Notes: generated by a model not told the origin, from the sequence alone. DNA of 64,000 nt from an uncultured Alphaproteobacteria bacterium (GCA_964350495.1 CAYGKG010000005.1:25-64024); one strand, 5' to 3'. Shown: positions 1-9,807, numbered from the stretch's first letter. Numbers and translations are program-made.

Positions 1-864
1 CAGCGAGAGGTGTCGATCTCGTTCGAAGGTACGCTGAACGCTAGGGACGGCACATCCCGACGATTCCATTGGATCGCCGTCGCCTCACCCGACGACGCCG
101 CGATCTTTGTAACCGCACGAGACATCTCGGAACGAGAGAAAGTCGAGGAAATGAAAGATCGACTCGTCTCAGCCGTGAGCGAGGACCTGCTGCTCCCGCT
201 TACGGCGCTACGCGGGTTGATAATCGCGCTCGGTAAGGAAGACGATCAGCTCGTCAATCGGCAAAAAGTCATTGAGCTCGCGACCCACAACACCGACAGC
301 GCCCTTCGCACAATAAACGACATCCTTGAATTGAAACGTATCGGGGACGGCACAGTAGAGAGCACGCTCCTTCCAGTGAACATTGGCAAGATCGTTAGGG
401 AAATGATCGACAGCTCCGAAAAGCGGGCACGTGAGGCCAATGTCATTGTGACGTTGACCGACCGCGCACGTGATGTACGGGTTCTCGGCGATCCTCATCA
501 AATAGGCCGCGTCATCGCAAATCTCTTAACGAACGCAATCGGGACTGCGCCGCCTGGAACCAACGTTACCGTGACCCTCGACAGGGATGGCCCCAGTGCG
601 CTGATCTCGGTTCGAGACGAAGGCAACGGAATCCCGGCGCACCTTAGGAATCAGGTTTTTGAGCCTTTCGGCGGGTACAATGCCCGCAACTCAGAGAGGA
701 ATAACATCGGACTCTCTGTCGCCAGAAGTTTTGTGGACCGCCACAAAGGCACGATATCCTTCAAGACCGCAGAGGGGCTGGGGACGACGTTCTTTGTGAC
801 ACTCCCGTTATATTCTGCCGATGTCGTTTCGATCGTTCATCGCGAAGACAGCCCACTGCACTAG
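1..864 (+). CDS. Sensor histidine kinase C-terminal fragment (DHp + HATPase_c), 5' end outside window; canonical H-box His appears replaced by Glu (VSEDLLLPL vs SHELRTPL)
   Basis: N, G1 (DEGNGI) and G2 (GLGLSVAR-like) boxes of HATPase_c present; dimerisation helices present; His at the phospho-acceptor position not seen. Confidence 0.6.
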   Translation, partial: QREVSISFEGTLNARDGTSRRFHWIAVASPDDAAIFVTARDISEREKVEEMKDRLVSAVSEDLLLPLTALRGLIIALGKEDDQLVNRQKVIELATHNTDSALRTINDILELKRIGDGTVESTLLPVNIGKIVREMIDSSEKRAREANVIVTLTDRARDVRVLGDPHQIGRVIANLLTNAIGTAPPGTNVTVTLDRDGPSALISVRDEGNGIPAHLRNQVFEPFGGYNARNSERNNIGLSVARSFVDRHKGTISFKTAEGLGTTFFVTLPLYSADVVSIVHREDSPLH

Positions 865-933
865 GTACGCGCACTGGATATTCTTGGCGATAAGGAGCGC
901 CGCGCTTCGCGAATCGAGCCGGATTCCATCGAG

Positions 934-949
934 TTAACTTCCGGTTAAC
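934..949 (+). promoter_or_regulatory. CtrA box TTAA-N7-TTAAC (TTAACTTCCGGTTAAC) 36 nt upstream of the ATG at 985
   Basis: Exact match to the alphaproteobacterial CtrA consensus upstream of a class II flagellar export operon. Confidence 0.6.
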
Positions 950-984
950 CATAGTCGGGCTAGGTTTCCGTCATCGTTGACGGA

Positions 985-1302
985 ATGGCTTCCACAATGA
1001 CCGACGCACCGCCCTTACCTTCAAGGACACCCAAGGACGTTGCCGTCGCCCTCCGGGGCGAAGGCGCGCAGCTTGGCGAATCCGGTCACGTCGTCGCCTC
1101 CGGTCACGGCGCCGTAGCGCGCCAAATCATCGAGATCGCCGCCCAACACGGCATCGCGATTCGACAGGATGCGGATCTCGCGGAAGTCCTCGCCGTCCTG
1201 GAGACAGATAGTCCCATCCCGCCGGAAGTCATGGCGATCGTGGCGGAAATCTTGGGCTACGTGTACCGCGCAAACAGCGAAACATTAGCAGGTCAATCAT
1301 GA
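985..1302 (+). CDS. Free-standing homolog of the FlhB/YscU C-terminal cytoplasmic domain (COG2257-like), 105 aa
   Basis: QIIEIAAQHGIAIRQDADLAEVLAVLE...IPPEVMAIVAEILGYV resembles the post-NPTH FlhB C-domain (…EHGIPIVEDPPLARALY…EELYEAVAEVLAFV). Confidence 0.6.
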   Translation: MASTMTDAPPLPSRTPKDVAVALRGEGAQLGESGHVVASGHGAVARQIIEIAAQHGIAIRQDADLAEVLAVLETDSPIPPEVMAIVAEILGYVYRANSETLAGQS

Positions 1303-1598
1303 AACACCCTCTTCTCAATCCCGCCGCCGAACTCAAGCAACTAGGCACCCAGATCGACGACGCCCTCGGCGCCGCAAAGGACGGCTTGGCCGTGAACCTG
1401 AGCGATCTAGAGGAGCGGGCAAGCGCGTTGTGCGAGTACCTCTTGGCCCTTCCGGCGCTGGAGGCACGTCCCTATGCCGCGAAGCTGGAACACTTGATTG
1501 CCGGGCTAAACACCCTCGAGGAGGTCATCGCATCGAGCTTCGGCAATTTGGTGGCCAATGCTTCCTCCGCCGGCATCGACCTGCACCCCGGCAAATAG
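1299..1598 (+). CDS. Hypothetical 99-aa protein, start overlaps upstream stop (ATGA), inside flagellar export operon
   Basis: ORF with translational coupling to the FlhB-C-like gene; no recognisable family. Confidence 0.4.
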   Translation: MKHPLLNPAAELKQLGTQIDDALGAAKDGLAVNLSDLEERASALCEYLLALPALEARPYAAKLEHLIAGLNTLEEVIASSFGNLVANASSAGIDLHPGK

Positions 1599-1617
1599 AC
1601 TCCGGATCTGAACCGAC

Positions 1618-2007
1618 ATGGATCTGGATCAGGTCATGCGGGGCCTTCTGGCCCTGGTGTTCGTCCTTGGACTCATCGGCGGGATCGCCTTGTTGGCCAA
1701 ACGGTTTGGCTTCACGCCGCGGGTGACCCTGCCGCGCGGTAGCACCCCGGGAACCCGCAAAACCGCCAGAGGCCGCCGCCTCGGCATTGTCGAGGTCCTA
1801 CCCGTCGACGCGAAGCGGCGCCTGATCTTGATCCGACGCGACGACACCGAGCACCTCGTCCTACTCGGCGCCGACCGAGACATGGTCGTCGAAGCAGGCG
1901 TTCCGGCGCCCGATTCGCTGATCGAAGATGTAGGCGGAGAAACCCTAAGCATTCGCGACGCACTGCGGCGCGGAAATAGCCGGGGAGGCCAAAACGATGC
2001 GGGCTAG
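1618..2007 (+). CDS. fliO: Flagellar biosynthesis protein FliO
   Basis: Single N-terminal TM helix, ~129 aa, immediately upstream of and overlapping fliP. Confidence 0.7.
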   Translation: MDLDQVMRGLLALVFVLGLIGGIALLAKRFGFTPRVTLPRGSTPGTRKTARGRRLGIVEVLPVDAKRRLILIRRDDTEHLVLLGADRDMVVEAGVPAPDSLIEDVGGETLSIRDALRRGNSRGGQNDAG

Positions 2008-2758
2008 TCGACTGAGTATGGGGGCCTGGCCGCACGCCATCGCTCTTGCGGCATTGCTCACCGTGCTTGTTGCCGCCGGCCCAGCAGCCGCCCAGGAATT
2101 CTCCCTCGACCTCGGCACCGAGGCCGGCCCACTTACCGGGCGGATCCTCCAGATCATCGCCTTGGTGACGGTCATTGCGCTCGCACCGTCACTGCTTGTC
2201 GTAATGACGTCGTTCACGCGAATCGTCGTGGTCCTGTCACTGCTCAGAAGCGCGATGGGGGTTCAGCAGACGCCGCCCAACGTGGTGATTATCGGCCTCG
2301 CGCTGTTCCTTACCGGCTACGTCATGGCGCCCACCTTCGAAGCTGCCTACCAAGAGGGCATCGTGCCGTTGATCAACGACGAGATCAGCGAAGTCGAGGC
2401 GTTCACGCGAGTCTCCGTGCCCATCCACACCTTCATGCTCGGGCAGGTTCGGGAAAAAGACCTGGGCCTCTTCCTCGATCTTTCCGGTTCGGAGTTGCCG
2501 AGCGAACCGTCGACGACGCCGTTCCGGGCCCTGATACCCGCGTTCTTGATCAGCGAGCTTCGCCGCGCCTTCGAGATCGGGTTCCTCCTCTTCATTCCCT
2601 TCATCATCATCGACATGGTGGTGGCATCGGTACTGATGTCGATGGGCATGATGATGCTGCCCCCAATCCTGATATCCCTTCCCTTCAAACTGGTCTTCTT
2701 CGTTCTTGTGGACGGGTGGAACCTCGTGGCCAATAGCTTGGTGCTTAGTTTCGGGTAG
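1997..2758 (+). CDS. fliP: Flagellar type III export apparatus protein FliP
   Basis: Signal peptide plus conserved FliP core ([24 protein letters not shown]..., MGMMMLPP). Confidence 0.9.
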   Translation: MRASRLSMGAWPHAIALAALLTVLVAAGPAAAQEFSLDLGTEAGPLTGRILQIIALVTVIALAPSLLVVMTSFTRIVVVLSLLRSAMGVQQTPPNVVIIGLALFLTGYVMAPTFEAAYQEGIVPLINDEISEVEAFTRVSVPIHTFMLGQVREKDLGLFLDLSGSELPSEPSTTPFRALIPAFLISELRRAFEIGFLLFIPFIIIDMVVASVLMSMGMMMLPPILISLPFKLVFFVLVDGWNLVANSLVLSFG

Positions 2759-2905
2759 CAGGACCGGCTTCTCTTTGGCTTGTCCACGTCGGCCACGCCC
2801 AATCGTGCACATCCTGGAATCGCCTGACCGCCTCGAGGTATCCCTTGCGTCTTCTACGACAACCGCGTCGAAAAGGACGATCGGTGAAATGACCGTGTGG
2901 GTTTG

Positions 2906-5900
2906 CTAGTTGATGGCGCCGACGCCGTCCTGTTGCAGACCGCTGCGGTAGCGCTCCATGAACGAATCGAGCGTGCTGATTTGCGCAATTCTACTGGAGA
3001 CCTCCCGGAAGCCGATGGAGGCCCGGTCGGGATTCGATGTCAGCACCTCGAAGGCACTGGCGTCCTCGGTCGAGGCCATCAAGGAACCGTAACGCTGCCG
3101 TACCCCGTCGATAGCAGCGCGGTCGTTTGCCAAGGCATAGGCAACCGTCATCTGCATCACCCGGTTGCGCTCGTCCCGGTCGAGGCCGGCACCATCTTGG
3201 TGCCGGCGGCCCAAGACCGCTTCGAACGCCTGGGCCGCCCGCGGCCAGTCGCTGGTGCGCCAGAAAATATCGGCCCGTAGCGTCGCCGCTTCGCTGGAAT
3301 CGTCTTGGGCCAACAGGCGTTGGGCGTCTTCAAATCGCTGCAACTCGATAAAGGCGCGCGCTTGCAAATAGCGCCGCTCCTGGAGCAAGGCACCGGGAAT
3401 TGCACGGAACCGGCTCTTATCGAGCGACTCAAGCGCCTTCTGGGGCTGACGATCGAGCAAATAGATTGCCGCAAGTTTGGCCGCGACCCGAGCCTTCTCG
3501 GCGCCGCGGAGTCGAAAATTCACTTGGAAGTCGATCAGTTCCGCCGCGCGGCCAAGCAGGTCGACCGAGACCAGGCGGTCGGCAAGATTTCGGACCATTT
3601 CGTCGCCATCGCTGCCGACCGGCGTGAGTTCGCGGAAATCGAAGTACAGACCAAGCGCCGCAACCGGCCCGAGTTTCTCCGATTCGCCGTCGAGGTAGAG
3701 ACGGCGGTAAATCGCCTCCATCTCATCGCTCGCTGCCCGCGCTTCGGGCCGGCCCTCAAAGGTGTTCGCAATCGCGCGAAGCGTTTCCAGCGCGGCGCGG
3801 TAGTTCCCGTTGTCCAAATGCAGTGTTTTGAGTCGGACGAGTAAGTCCAGCTCGAACTGGCCGCCACGCCAAACATGCGCCAGCCGCTCCAACTGGTCGA
3901 TGGCGGCGGTGCGGTCTATCTCGCCCTGTTCCAATCGGTAGCTGGCCATCGCGATCTCGGCTTCCGCCCACGTTGGCCGGAACTTCTCCGCGACGACCTG
4001 TTCGAGAAGTTCCAAACCGCCCTCGGCATCGCCCGCCAGTATTCGCGCTTGACCGAGAACCAGTTTGGCTTCGCTAACTTGGGCCTCCGACGCGCCAGGT
4101 TGTCGGTCGAATCCGGTGAGCTCGGCCTGGACGGTGTCGATGTCGTCGATGGCCAACCCGGCCTTCGCCGCCAAAAGCTTGAAGCGCGCTTGCAACGCCG
4201 GTGGGAAGGCCGAGACGGCAAACGAACCGATCGCGAATTCCTGTGCTGCCGCCTCCCATTCGCCGCGTTCTGCGAACAGCGCGCCGCGCCAGAGCGACGC
4301 GCCCGGGTCGGCGCTGAAGGCCGGATCGAGCAAATCCTCCGCAGCCAAGTCGGTCCGCCCCATCAGCAGCCGCGACGCCCCCCGTACCGCCTTGTAGGTC
4401 AGGTCCTGCTGGATCGCCGGATTCTCTCCCGCGAGAACACCGAGGACGCCAAGCGCCTCCGGCGCCATGTTGTGGGCGAAATAGAAACGCGCGAGATCCC
4501 ATTGTGCCTCAGCGCGGCGCGTTTCCGGCGCAGCGGCCAAGGCAAGATTAAGCTCCTGCAGATGTTCGGTATATTCGTCGTCGCTGCCACGGGACCACTC
4601 GGCGTAGCGCAACAGCGTGTCGACCGACGCCAGCACCCCCGCCTCGCCCGCCGCCTCAGGGTCGCCGGCGCCGTCCGCTGCGTGTGCGGATTCGCCATGA
4701 GTTGCCGCCTCTTCAGTGTGGCCGTCATCTGCAGCGGTATCGTCGGCGCCGGCTGTGGGGGCCTCCGCTCGGTGCGGCTGCGGTCCGGCTGCCGCGACTT
4801 GAAGCGGCTCTTGAAGCCCGTCTTCTGAGAGAAACAACCCTTCCGGACCGGTGATCCTTACCAAGCCACCACCAACTGCCAACGTGACGTCGTCGGACCA
4901 CGGCTCGACGGCCACACCCTGGGCGCTCGCGAGAATCCTGAATTGGGCGAACGCGCGCTCGGCCGCGACACCGGCACCCGCTCGGAGCGACGGCACCACG
5001 GCAACGAAATCGCCAACCTCGGGATCGTCGAGTTCGATCTGGCGCCCCGCCTCAGCCAGCGGCAGTGTGACCCGCGCCTGTCCGGCCGCGCCGGCTTCGC
5101 GCCGGATCTCGACCGGATGCGCCGGCGCGGTTGGCGACCGCCGAAAGGCGATGCGCCAGCTTCCACCGACCCGCGACGCCGAAGCAAGCATCAGATCCTG
5201 CTGCACCCGCATACGAACGGCAGTCGCGCCCTCGACCTCCGCGGCTGCGGCAAGAAAAACGATCTCCGCGAGGGACGCCGGGATCTCGGCCACGTCAACA
5301 GCGCCTTCGCTATCGAACACTGCCCACACGAATCCTGCGCGCTCAAAGAATGCCGCAGCAACCGGCCGCTCCCACTCGAACAGAGCGGAGACCACGCCCC
5401 CCTCTTGCACAAAACGAACGCTGAGGTCGCCGGCTCCTTCAGTGTCCGCGGCGTGGCCCGCCGCCGTCTCGCCGTGGGCAGGCGCCCGCGCCCGTTCGAC
5501 AGGGGCCACGGGGACTGCCGGCGGAGGCGCAGGCGCAGGCGCCGCGCCGCGCGCCGGAACGGATTCCGCCGTTGACTGGGTTCGCGCGCCACCTTCGCCC
5601 AGGATATCGACGACGATCGAACGGCCGTTCCGAAAATGACGCACTCGACTGCTGTCCGGCACTTTGAGGGTCGCGGTCGCAGTGTTCTGGGCGCTATCGC
5701 CCGAAGCGGACGCAATCCGCGATAGACGGCCCTCCGCTAACGCGTTCGACATCCCAAAACTGGCGGCGCGGTCGAAACGGATCGAAACCGTATCACCGGT
5801 TTTAACGACTTCGTATCCGACTTCGCCCGGCCAATCGAACACGACCCGGGTGTAGGTATCATGTACGCCGGCGCGAACGCGAACGCTCGGTGCGCTCGTT

Positions 5901-6418
5901 GCCGGCGGCTGAGTTGGTGCCGATTGTCGCGGCCGCGTGGTCTGTTGCGGGGGCGCGCGGCGCGCTGGCTGCGCACCGGGCGCCGGCGGCACTGCGGTCG
6001 TCGTCGATTGCGGCACAGCAAAATCGAAAATGATTGACGAGCCGTTTGCAGTGGTTTTGATCTGAAAGGCGTCGCTCAGGAGGAGCGTAACCGAGCGGCC
6101 GTCTTCCTCAATCCGCGCATCCAACACAATGTCGCCCAAGACCGTCGTGATCGCAGAGAGGTTTGCAACCAACGGTCGGCCGAACTCGATCACAAGCAAA
6201 TCGCCGCCGCCGCGGGCCTCGTAGGGCACCGGTGCCGGCCAGTCGAAAACGATCCGCGCAAAGGTCGGCCCTTGGAAGGCCCTGGCCCGGACGGTTTCCT
6301 GCGAGAGAGCGTCAAGGGGCGTAAGCCCCGCCCAAAGTCCAGCAGCAAGCGCCACGGCCTGCAATAGCCTCGTTACGACACGCATCAACCAGAAATGCTT
6401 TTTATTCGCGGTCGCCAC
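2906..6418 (-). CDS. Large secreted protein: signal peptide, two AMIN-like beta repeats (VFDWP..Y..), Pro/Ala-rich linkers, long C-terminal TPR array; last gene of fliL-fliM operon. True start probably the second Met (about 6385)
   Basis: Signal peptide-like N-terminus (…AVALAAGLWAGLTPLDA|LSQ); internal duplicated ~85-aa repeats; many TPR-like helical repeats. Confidence 0.6.
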   Translation of the reverse strand: MATANKKHFWLMRVVTRLLQAVALAAGLWAGLTPLDALSQETVRARAFQGPTFARIVFDWPAPVPYEARGGGDLLVIEFGRPLVANLSAITTVLGDIVLDARIEEDGRSVTLLLSDAFQIKTTANGSSIIFDFAVPQSTTTAVPPAPGAQPARRAPPQQTTRPRQSAPTQPPATSAPSVRVRAGVHDTYTRVVFDWPGEVGYEVVKTGDTVSIRFDRAASFGMSNALAEGRLSRIASASGDSAQNTATATLKVPDSSRVRHFRNGRSIVVDILGEGGARTQSTAESVPARGAAPAPAPPPAVPVAPVERARAPAHGETAAGHAADTEGAGDLSVRFVQEGGVVSALFEWERPVAAAFFERAGFVWAVFDSEGAVDVAEIPASLAEIVFLAAAAEVEGATAVRMRVQQDLMLASASRVGGSWRIAFRRSPTAPAHPVEIRREAGAAGQARVTLPLAEAGRQIELDDPEVGDFVAVVPSLRAGAGVAAERAFAQFRILASAQGVAVEPWSDDVTLAVGGGLVRITGPEGLFLSEDGLQEPLQVAAAGPQPHRAEAPTAGADDTAADDGHTEEAATHGESAHAADGAGDPEAAGEAGVLASVDTLLRYAEWSRGSDDEYTEHLQELNLALAAAPETRRAEAQWDLARFYFAHNMAPEALGVLGVLAGENPAIQQDLTYKAVRGASRLLMGRTDLAAEDLLDPAFSADPGASLWRGALFAERGEWEAAAQEFAIGSFAVSAFPPALQARFKLLAAKAGLAIDDIDTVQAELTGFDRQPGASEAQVSEAKLVLGQARILAGDAEGGLELLEQVVAEKFRPTWAEAEIAMASYRLEQGEIDRTAAIDQLERLAHVWRGGQFELDLLVRLKTLHLDNGNYRAALETLRAIANTFEGRPEARAASDEMEAIYRRLYLDGESEKLGPVAALGLYFDFRELTPVGSDGDEMVRNLADRLVSVDLLGRAAELIDFQVNFRLRGAEKARVAAKLAAIYLLDRQPQKALESLDKSRFRAIPGALLQERRYLQARAFIELQRFEDAQRLLAQDDSSEAATLRADIFWRTSDWPRAAQAFEAVLGRRHQDGAGLDRDERNRVMQMTVAYALANDRAAIDGVRQRYGSLMASTEDASAFEVLTSNPDRASIGFREVSSRIAQISTLDSFMERYRSGLQQDGVGAIN

Positions 6419-6519
6419 AAACCCCGACCGGTTGTCGACATTGACTAGACGAACAATATCAACAGTTTACGGCACACAGAAGCGATACCGCGCGATGAGG
6501 CAGCGGCAATCGAGCTTCC

Positions 6520-7281
6520 CTAACCGCCGTTGGTGTTCGCGGTAGCGTCCTGCGCTGCAGGCGCGGCGCCATTTTCGCCCGTTTCAAGCCGCTCCGGCAG
6601 CTGTTTGCGGGTCCTGATCTCAGTCGTCACCGTCGTCGCGCGTTGCGGTGTCATCGCCGCCAGAACCGGGGCCAACCGCCGTTCGTTCATCAGTTCGGCG
6701 ACATCAAGCAGGATATCAAGGTCGAGCTCGTTGAAGATTCGCGCGGCTTCCTTGGGCTTCATGGTTTCATAGACGCGAACCAGGCTGCGAAGCTTCCCCT
6801 CTTCCTGGGCATCGTGCTGCTGGATCAGGGAATCGATCTTGGCCTCAATTTGGCGCAACTCGGCGATCTTGTCTTCGATTCGCTTTTCCGCGGCTTCCAA
6901 GAGATTCTCGCGAATATCGAGTTCGCGAGACCGCAGATCCAGCTGTTCACGCCGCGCCGAGAGGTCTTGCAGAAGCTGGACCTCAGCCTCGGTAAAGATT
7001 TGACCGCCGGATTGATCGGCCGGACGGCCGGTATCGTCGGCGCTGGACTGGGTCAATGCATCGTCATCCGCCGACTCGCTGCCGGCCGCCGATTCGCCGG
7101 TCCCACCAGCATCGTCGGCAAAGGGGTCTTCTTCGGTGGCCGCTTCAGCGGCCTGCGCGGTCTGGACCGTCAGAGGAGATCCAAATCGCTCCACCTCCGA
7201 CCACATCCCCGTGACCTTGACGCCAAACGCGGCAAAGGCGAGGGCGATGACGACCGGCAGAAGGCGAACTCGACGGAGCAT
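6520..7281 (-). CDS. MotE-like flagellar protein (N-terminal TM/signal, acidic region, coiled coil, MgtE_N-like C-terminus)
   Basis: KPKEAARIFNELDLDILLDVAELMNERRLAPVLAAM resembles the MgtE intracellular N-domain found in MotE/FlbB-type proteins. Confidence 0.5.
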   Translation of the reverse strand: MLRRVRLLPVVIALAFAAFGVKVTGMWSEVERFGSPLTVQTAQAAEAATEEDPFADDAGGTGESAAGSESADDDALTQSSADDTGRPADQSGGQIFTEAEVQLLQDLSARREQLDLRSRELDIRENLLEAAEKRIEDKIAELRQIEAKIDSLIQQHDAQEEGKLRSLVRVYETMKPKEAARIFNELDLDILLDVAELMNERRLAPVLAAMTPQRATTVTTEIRTRKQLPERLETGENGAAPAAQDATANTNGG

Positions 7282-7290
7282 GAATATCCT

Positions 7291-7743
7291 CTAGCGCGCT
7301 TGCTGGAGCGCAACCATTAATTGGCGTTCGCTTTCGCTGGCAGTGCGGGCGATTGCCTTGCCGGCACCGGTCGCGCCTTTTCGTTTCGGGACCGATCGTT
7401 TCGGCGCGGGCTCAATCGGTCGAGCCTGCTCGTCGATCGACGCGTCGAGCCTCTCCGCGAGCGATTGCGCAGCCTGGGTCACGTAGACAAGGTCGCCCTT
7501 CAGGGCACGGGCTTCGTCGATCCGCTCGCCAAGGGCGTTGGAAAGTTCGCTTCCGGTCGCTTTGATCGACAGGAGTCCGGCCTGCGCTCGCTCGGTTGCC
7601 GAGGTGAACTCGGTCATCAGTTTCTTCATCGTCGCACTCGAACGACGAACTTCATTGAGACGCGCGTACAGAACGACGCAATATCCGATCGTAATCAACA
7701 AAAGAGTGGCGACGGCGCCATCCAGGAGAACCGGGAGATCCAT
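7291..7743 (-). CDS. Hypothetical membrane-anchored coiled-coil protein (150 aa) between fliM and the MotE-like gene
   Basis: N-terminal TM helix then helical region; start overlaps the fliM stop. Confidence 0.45.
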   Translation of the reverse strand: MDLPVLLDGAVATLLLITIGYCVVLYARLNEVRRSSATMKKLMTEFTSATERAQAGLLSIKATGSELSNALGERIDEARALKGDLVYVTQAAQSLAERLDASIDEQARPIEPAPKRSVPKRKGATGAGKAIARTASESERQLMVALQQAR

Positions 7744-8849
7744 CAGTTCCTATCCTCGTTCCTAATCTGATCCGTAACGCGAATTGCCATGGTGCTGCCG
7801 ACCCGACCCATGCGACCGACAAGAAGCGGCACGCCGCCGCACCGGAGTTCGACCTCTGATTCGCGCGTGCAGTTGAACATGACGGTGTCGCCGACCTCGA
7901 GATCCATGACCTTGCCCAACTTCATGACCATGTCATCCAACACGGCTTCGATTTGCACCTCGGTGTACCAAAGCTCGGTCGCCAAATGGCCTTCCCAGAT
8001 GGAATCGCGGCCGAACTTCTCGCCCATGAACATCTGCAGCAGAAGCTCGCGTACGGGCTCGAGTGTGGCGTAGGGCAACAACAGTTCAATGCGACCGCCG
8101 CGATCCTCCATATCGACCCGAAGGCGAATGAGAATGGCGGCGTTTGCGGGCCGGGCGATGGTGGCAAAACGCGGATTGGTTTCTAGGCGGTCGTAGACGA
8201 AGGTCACCGGGCTCAACGGCTCGAACGCGGCGCTTAGGTCGTGCAGGACGACCTCAACCATGGTCTCGACCAGGGAACGTTCGATGGTGGTATAGGGACG
8301 GCCTTCGATTCGCATCGCCGCCGTTCCCCGCCGACCGCCCAATAGGACATCGACGATCGAGTAGATCAGCGACGAATCGACGGTCAACAGGCCGTAGTTG
8401 TCCCACTCTTGGGCCCGGAACACGCCGAGGATCGCGGGCAGCGGAATCGAGTTCAAGTAGTCGCCGAAACGGATCGAGGTAATGTTGTCGAGCGACACCT
8501 CGACGTTGTCGGACGTGAAGTTGCGCAGCGACGTCGTCATCATGCGAACAAGGCGGTCAAAGACCACCTCGAGCATCGGCAGGCGTTCGTAAGAAACCAG
8601 CGCAGAGTTGACAATTGCCCGGATACCGGTGCGTTCGGAGTCGTCGCCAAAACCGGAATCGAACCCAAGAAGGTTGTCGATCTCGTCCTGATTGAGAACG
8701 CGGCCCGATGCGTCGTCGCCGCCGGCGAGCTCATCCCATTCCGATGCGACGTCGGCATCGGCGGTACCGCCACCCTCTTCCTCTTGGAGCGCTTTCTCCC
8801 ACTCGGCGGCAATATCGTCCGCTGGGGCATCGGTATCCGTGTTCGCCAT
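7743..8849 (-). CDS. fliM: Flagellar motor switch protein FliM
   Basis: N-terminal LNQDEIDNLLGF (CheY-P binding motif) and FliM middle domain. Confidence 0.85.
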   Translation of the reverse strand: MANTDTDAPADDIAAEWEKALQEEEGGGTADADVASEWDELAGGDDASGRVLNQDEIDNLLGFDSGFGDDSERTGIRAIVNSALVSYERLPMLEVVFDRLVRMMTTSLRNFTSDNVEVSLDNITSIRFGDYLNSIPLPAILGVFRAQEWDNYGLLTVDSSLIYSIVDVLLGGRRGTAAMRIEGRPYTTIERSLVETMVEVVLHDLSAAFEPLSPVTFVYDRLETNPRFATIARPANAAILIRLRVDMEDRGGRIELLLPYATLEPVRELLLQMFMGEKFGRDSIWEGHLATELWYTEVQIEAVLDDMVMKLGKVMDLEVGDTVMFNCTRESEVELRCGGVPLLVGRMGRVGSTMAIRVTDQIRNEDRN

Positions 8850-8860
8850 TTCGCCGCCGC

Positions 8861-9457
8861 CTATTGGACCAGCAATTCGCTGAACAACACGTCGCTCACT
8901 TTAACCGGATCGACCGCTCGGTTGGTGCGCGATAACAATTCCTGCTTCAAGCGAAACAGGCCCGCCGAACCGCTGAGATCGTCGAGCCGCAATTCGCGCA
9001 TGTAGACCTGAAAGTTGTCGATGACCCGCGGCAACATCGCGTCAAGCTGGGCACGCGTTTCCGGCGTGTCGTTGGCGAGCTCAAGCGAGACCGTCAGGCG
9101 CAAGAACGACGTTGTTCCGTCGGTAGTATTCAAATTGACGGTCATTTGTGGGAGCTCATAGAAACCCACATGACCGGCGCTATGTTCACCCTCGGCGCCG
9201 TGCTCGCCACCGCCTTCACCGCCCTCACCGCCGTGGGATTCCTCAGCTGCGGCCGCTTCTTCGTCGGCGCCACCGCCAAAAGGTCCAATACCCATGACCA
9301 CAGCGCCAACGACAAGAAGGATAATGACGAGGAGCGGCGCCGCGATAAGAATGATGAGGCGTTTGCGCCCCTTCTTCTTTGGCCGACCTTCACCGTCATC
9401 ATCGCCATCGTCATCCGGAGGAACATCGTCGATATCTTCGTCGTCGGTATCGCTCAT
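8861..9457 (-). CDS. fliL: Flagellar basal body-associated protein FliL
   Basis: Acidic N-terminus, single TM, FliL C-terminal domain (FYELPQMTVNLN...). Confidence 0.8.
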   Translation of the reverse strand: MSDTDDEDIDDVPPDDDGDDDGEGRPKKKGRKRLIILIAAPLLVIILLVVGAVVMGIGPFGGGADEEAAAAEESHGGEGGEGGGEHGAEGEHSAGHVGFYELPQMTVNLNTTDGTTSFLRLTVSLELANDTPETRAQLDAMLPRVIDNFQVYMRELRLDDLSGSAGLFRLKQELLSRTNRAVDPVKVSDVLFSELLVQ

Positions 9458-9535
9458 GTATTCGTTTCCAGTTCGCTGATGGGAACGCTTTGCGCGACCG
9501 CCGCTTTGTTGTTCCGAGAGCCTAGGCGCATATCG

Positions 9536-9550
9536 TTAACAACTCGTTGA
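9536..9550 (-). promoter_or_regulatory. CtrA-like site TTAA-N7-TTGA (one mismatch) about 80 nt upstream of fliL
   Basis: TTAACAACTCGTTGA in the fliL/flgF divergent intergenic region. Confidence 0.3.
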
Positions 9551-9712
9551 AATCGGACGGCGACGCCCGCGCCAAAGATAGCAGAATCGGTCGATGCCGA
9601 CACCGGAGCGGCAAGTTTCTCCCGGCAAGCCGTGCCGGAACAGGCGCCCATCGCCGACCTTCCAGCCCGGCCCTAAAGAGCTAAGCCTCTGAAAAAAATC
9701 ATACTTTTCGAT

Positions 9713-9727
9713 TGGCACAGCCGATGC
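9713..9727 (+). promoter_or_regulatory. sigma54-type promoter TGGCAC-N5-ATGC about 80 nt upstream of the flgF ATG
   Basis: GG/GC spacing of the -24/-12 consensus. Confidence 0.5.
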
Positions 9728-9807
9728 AGAGTGTCGGCTGCCTCAGGTGGGCGCCTTCAATCGTTAGAGCGGATCCAAAACGGATCGGCTGGCAAGGGAA
9801 GAAGGGT

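Noticed and set aside
3127-5855. Numerous 60-260-aa ORFs on both strands inside the 1170-aa TPR gene
   Set aside because: Alternate-frame or antisense ORFs typical of 65% GC DNA (Arg/Pro/Ala-rich, no domains); the long TPR frame explains the region
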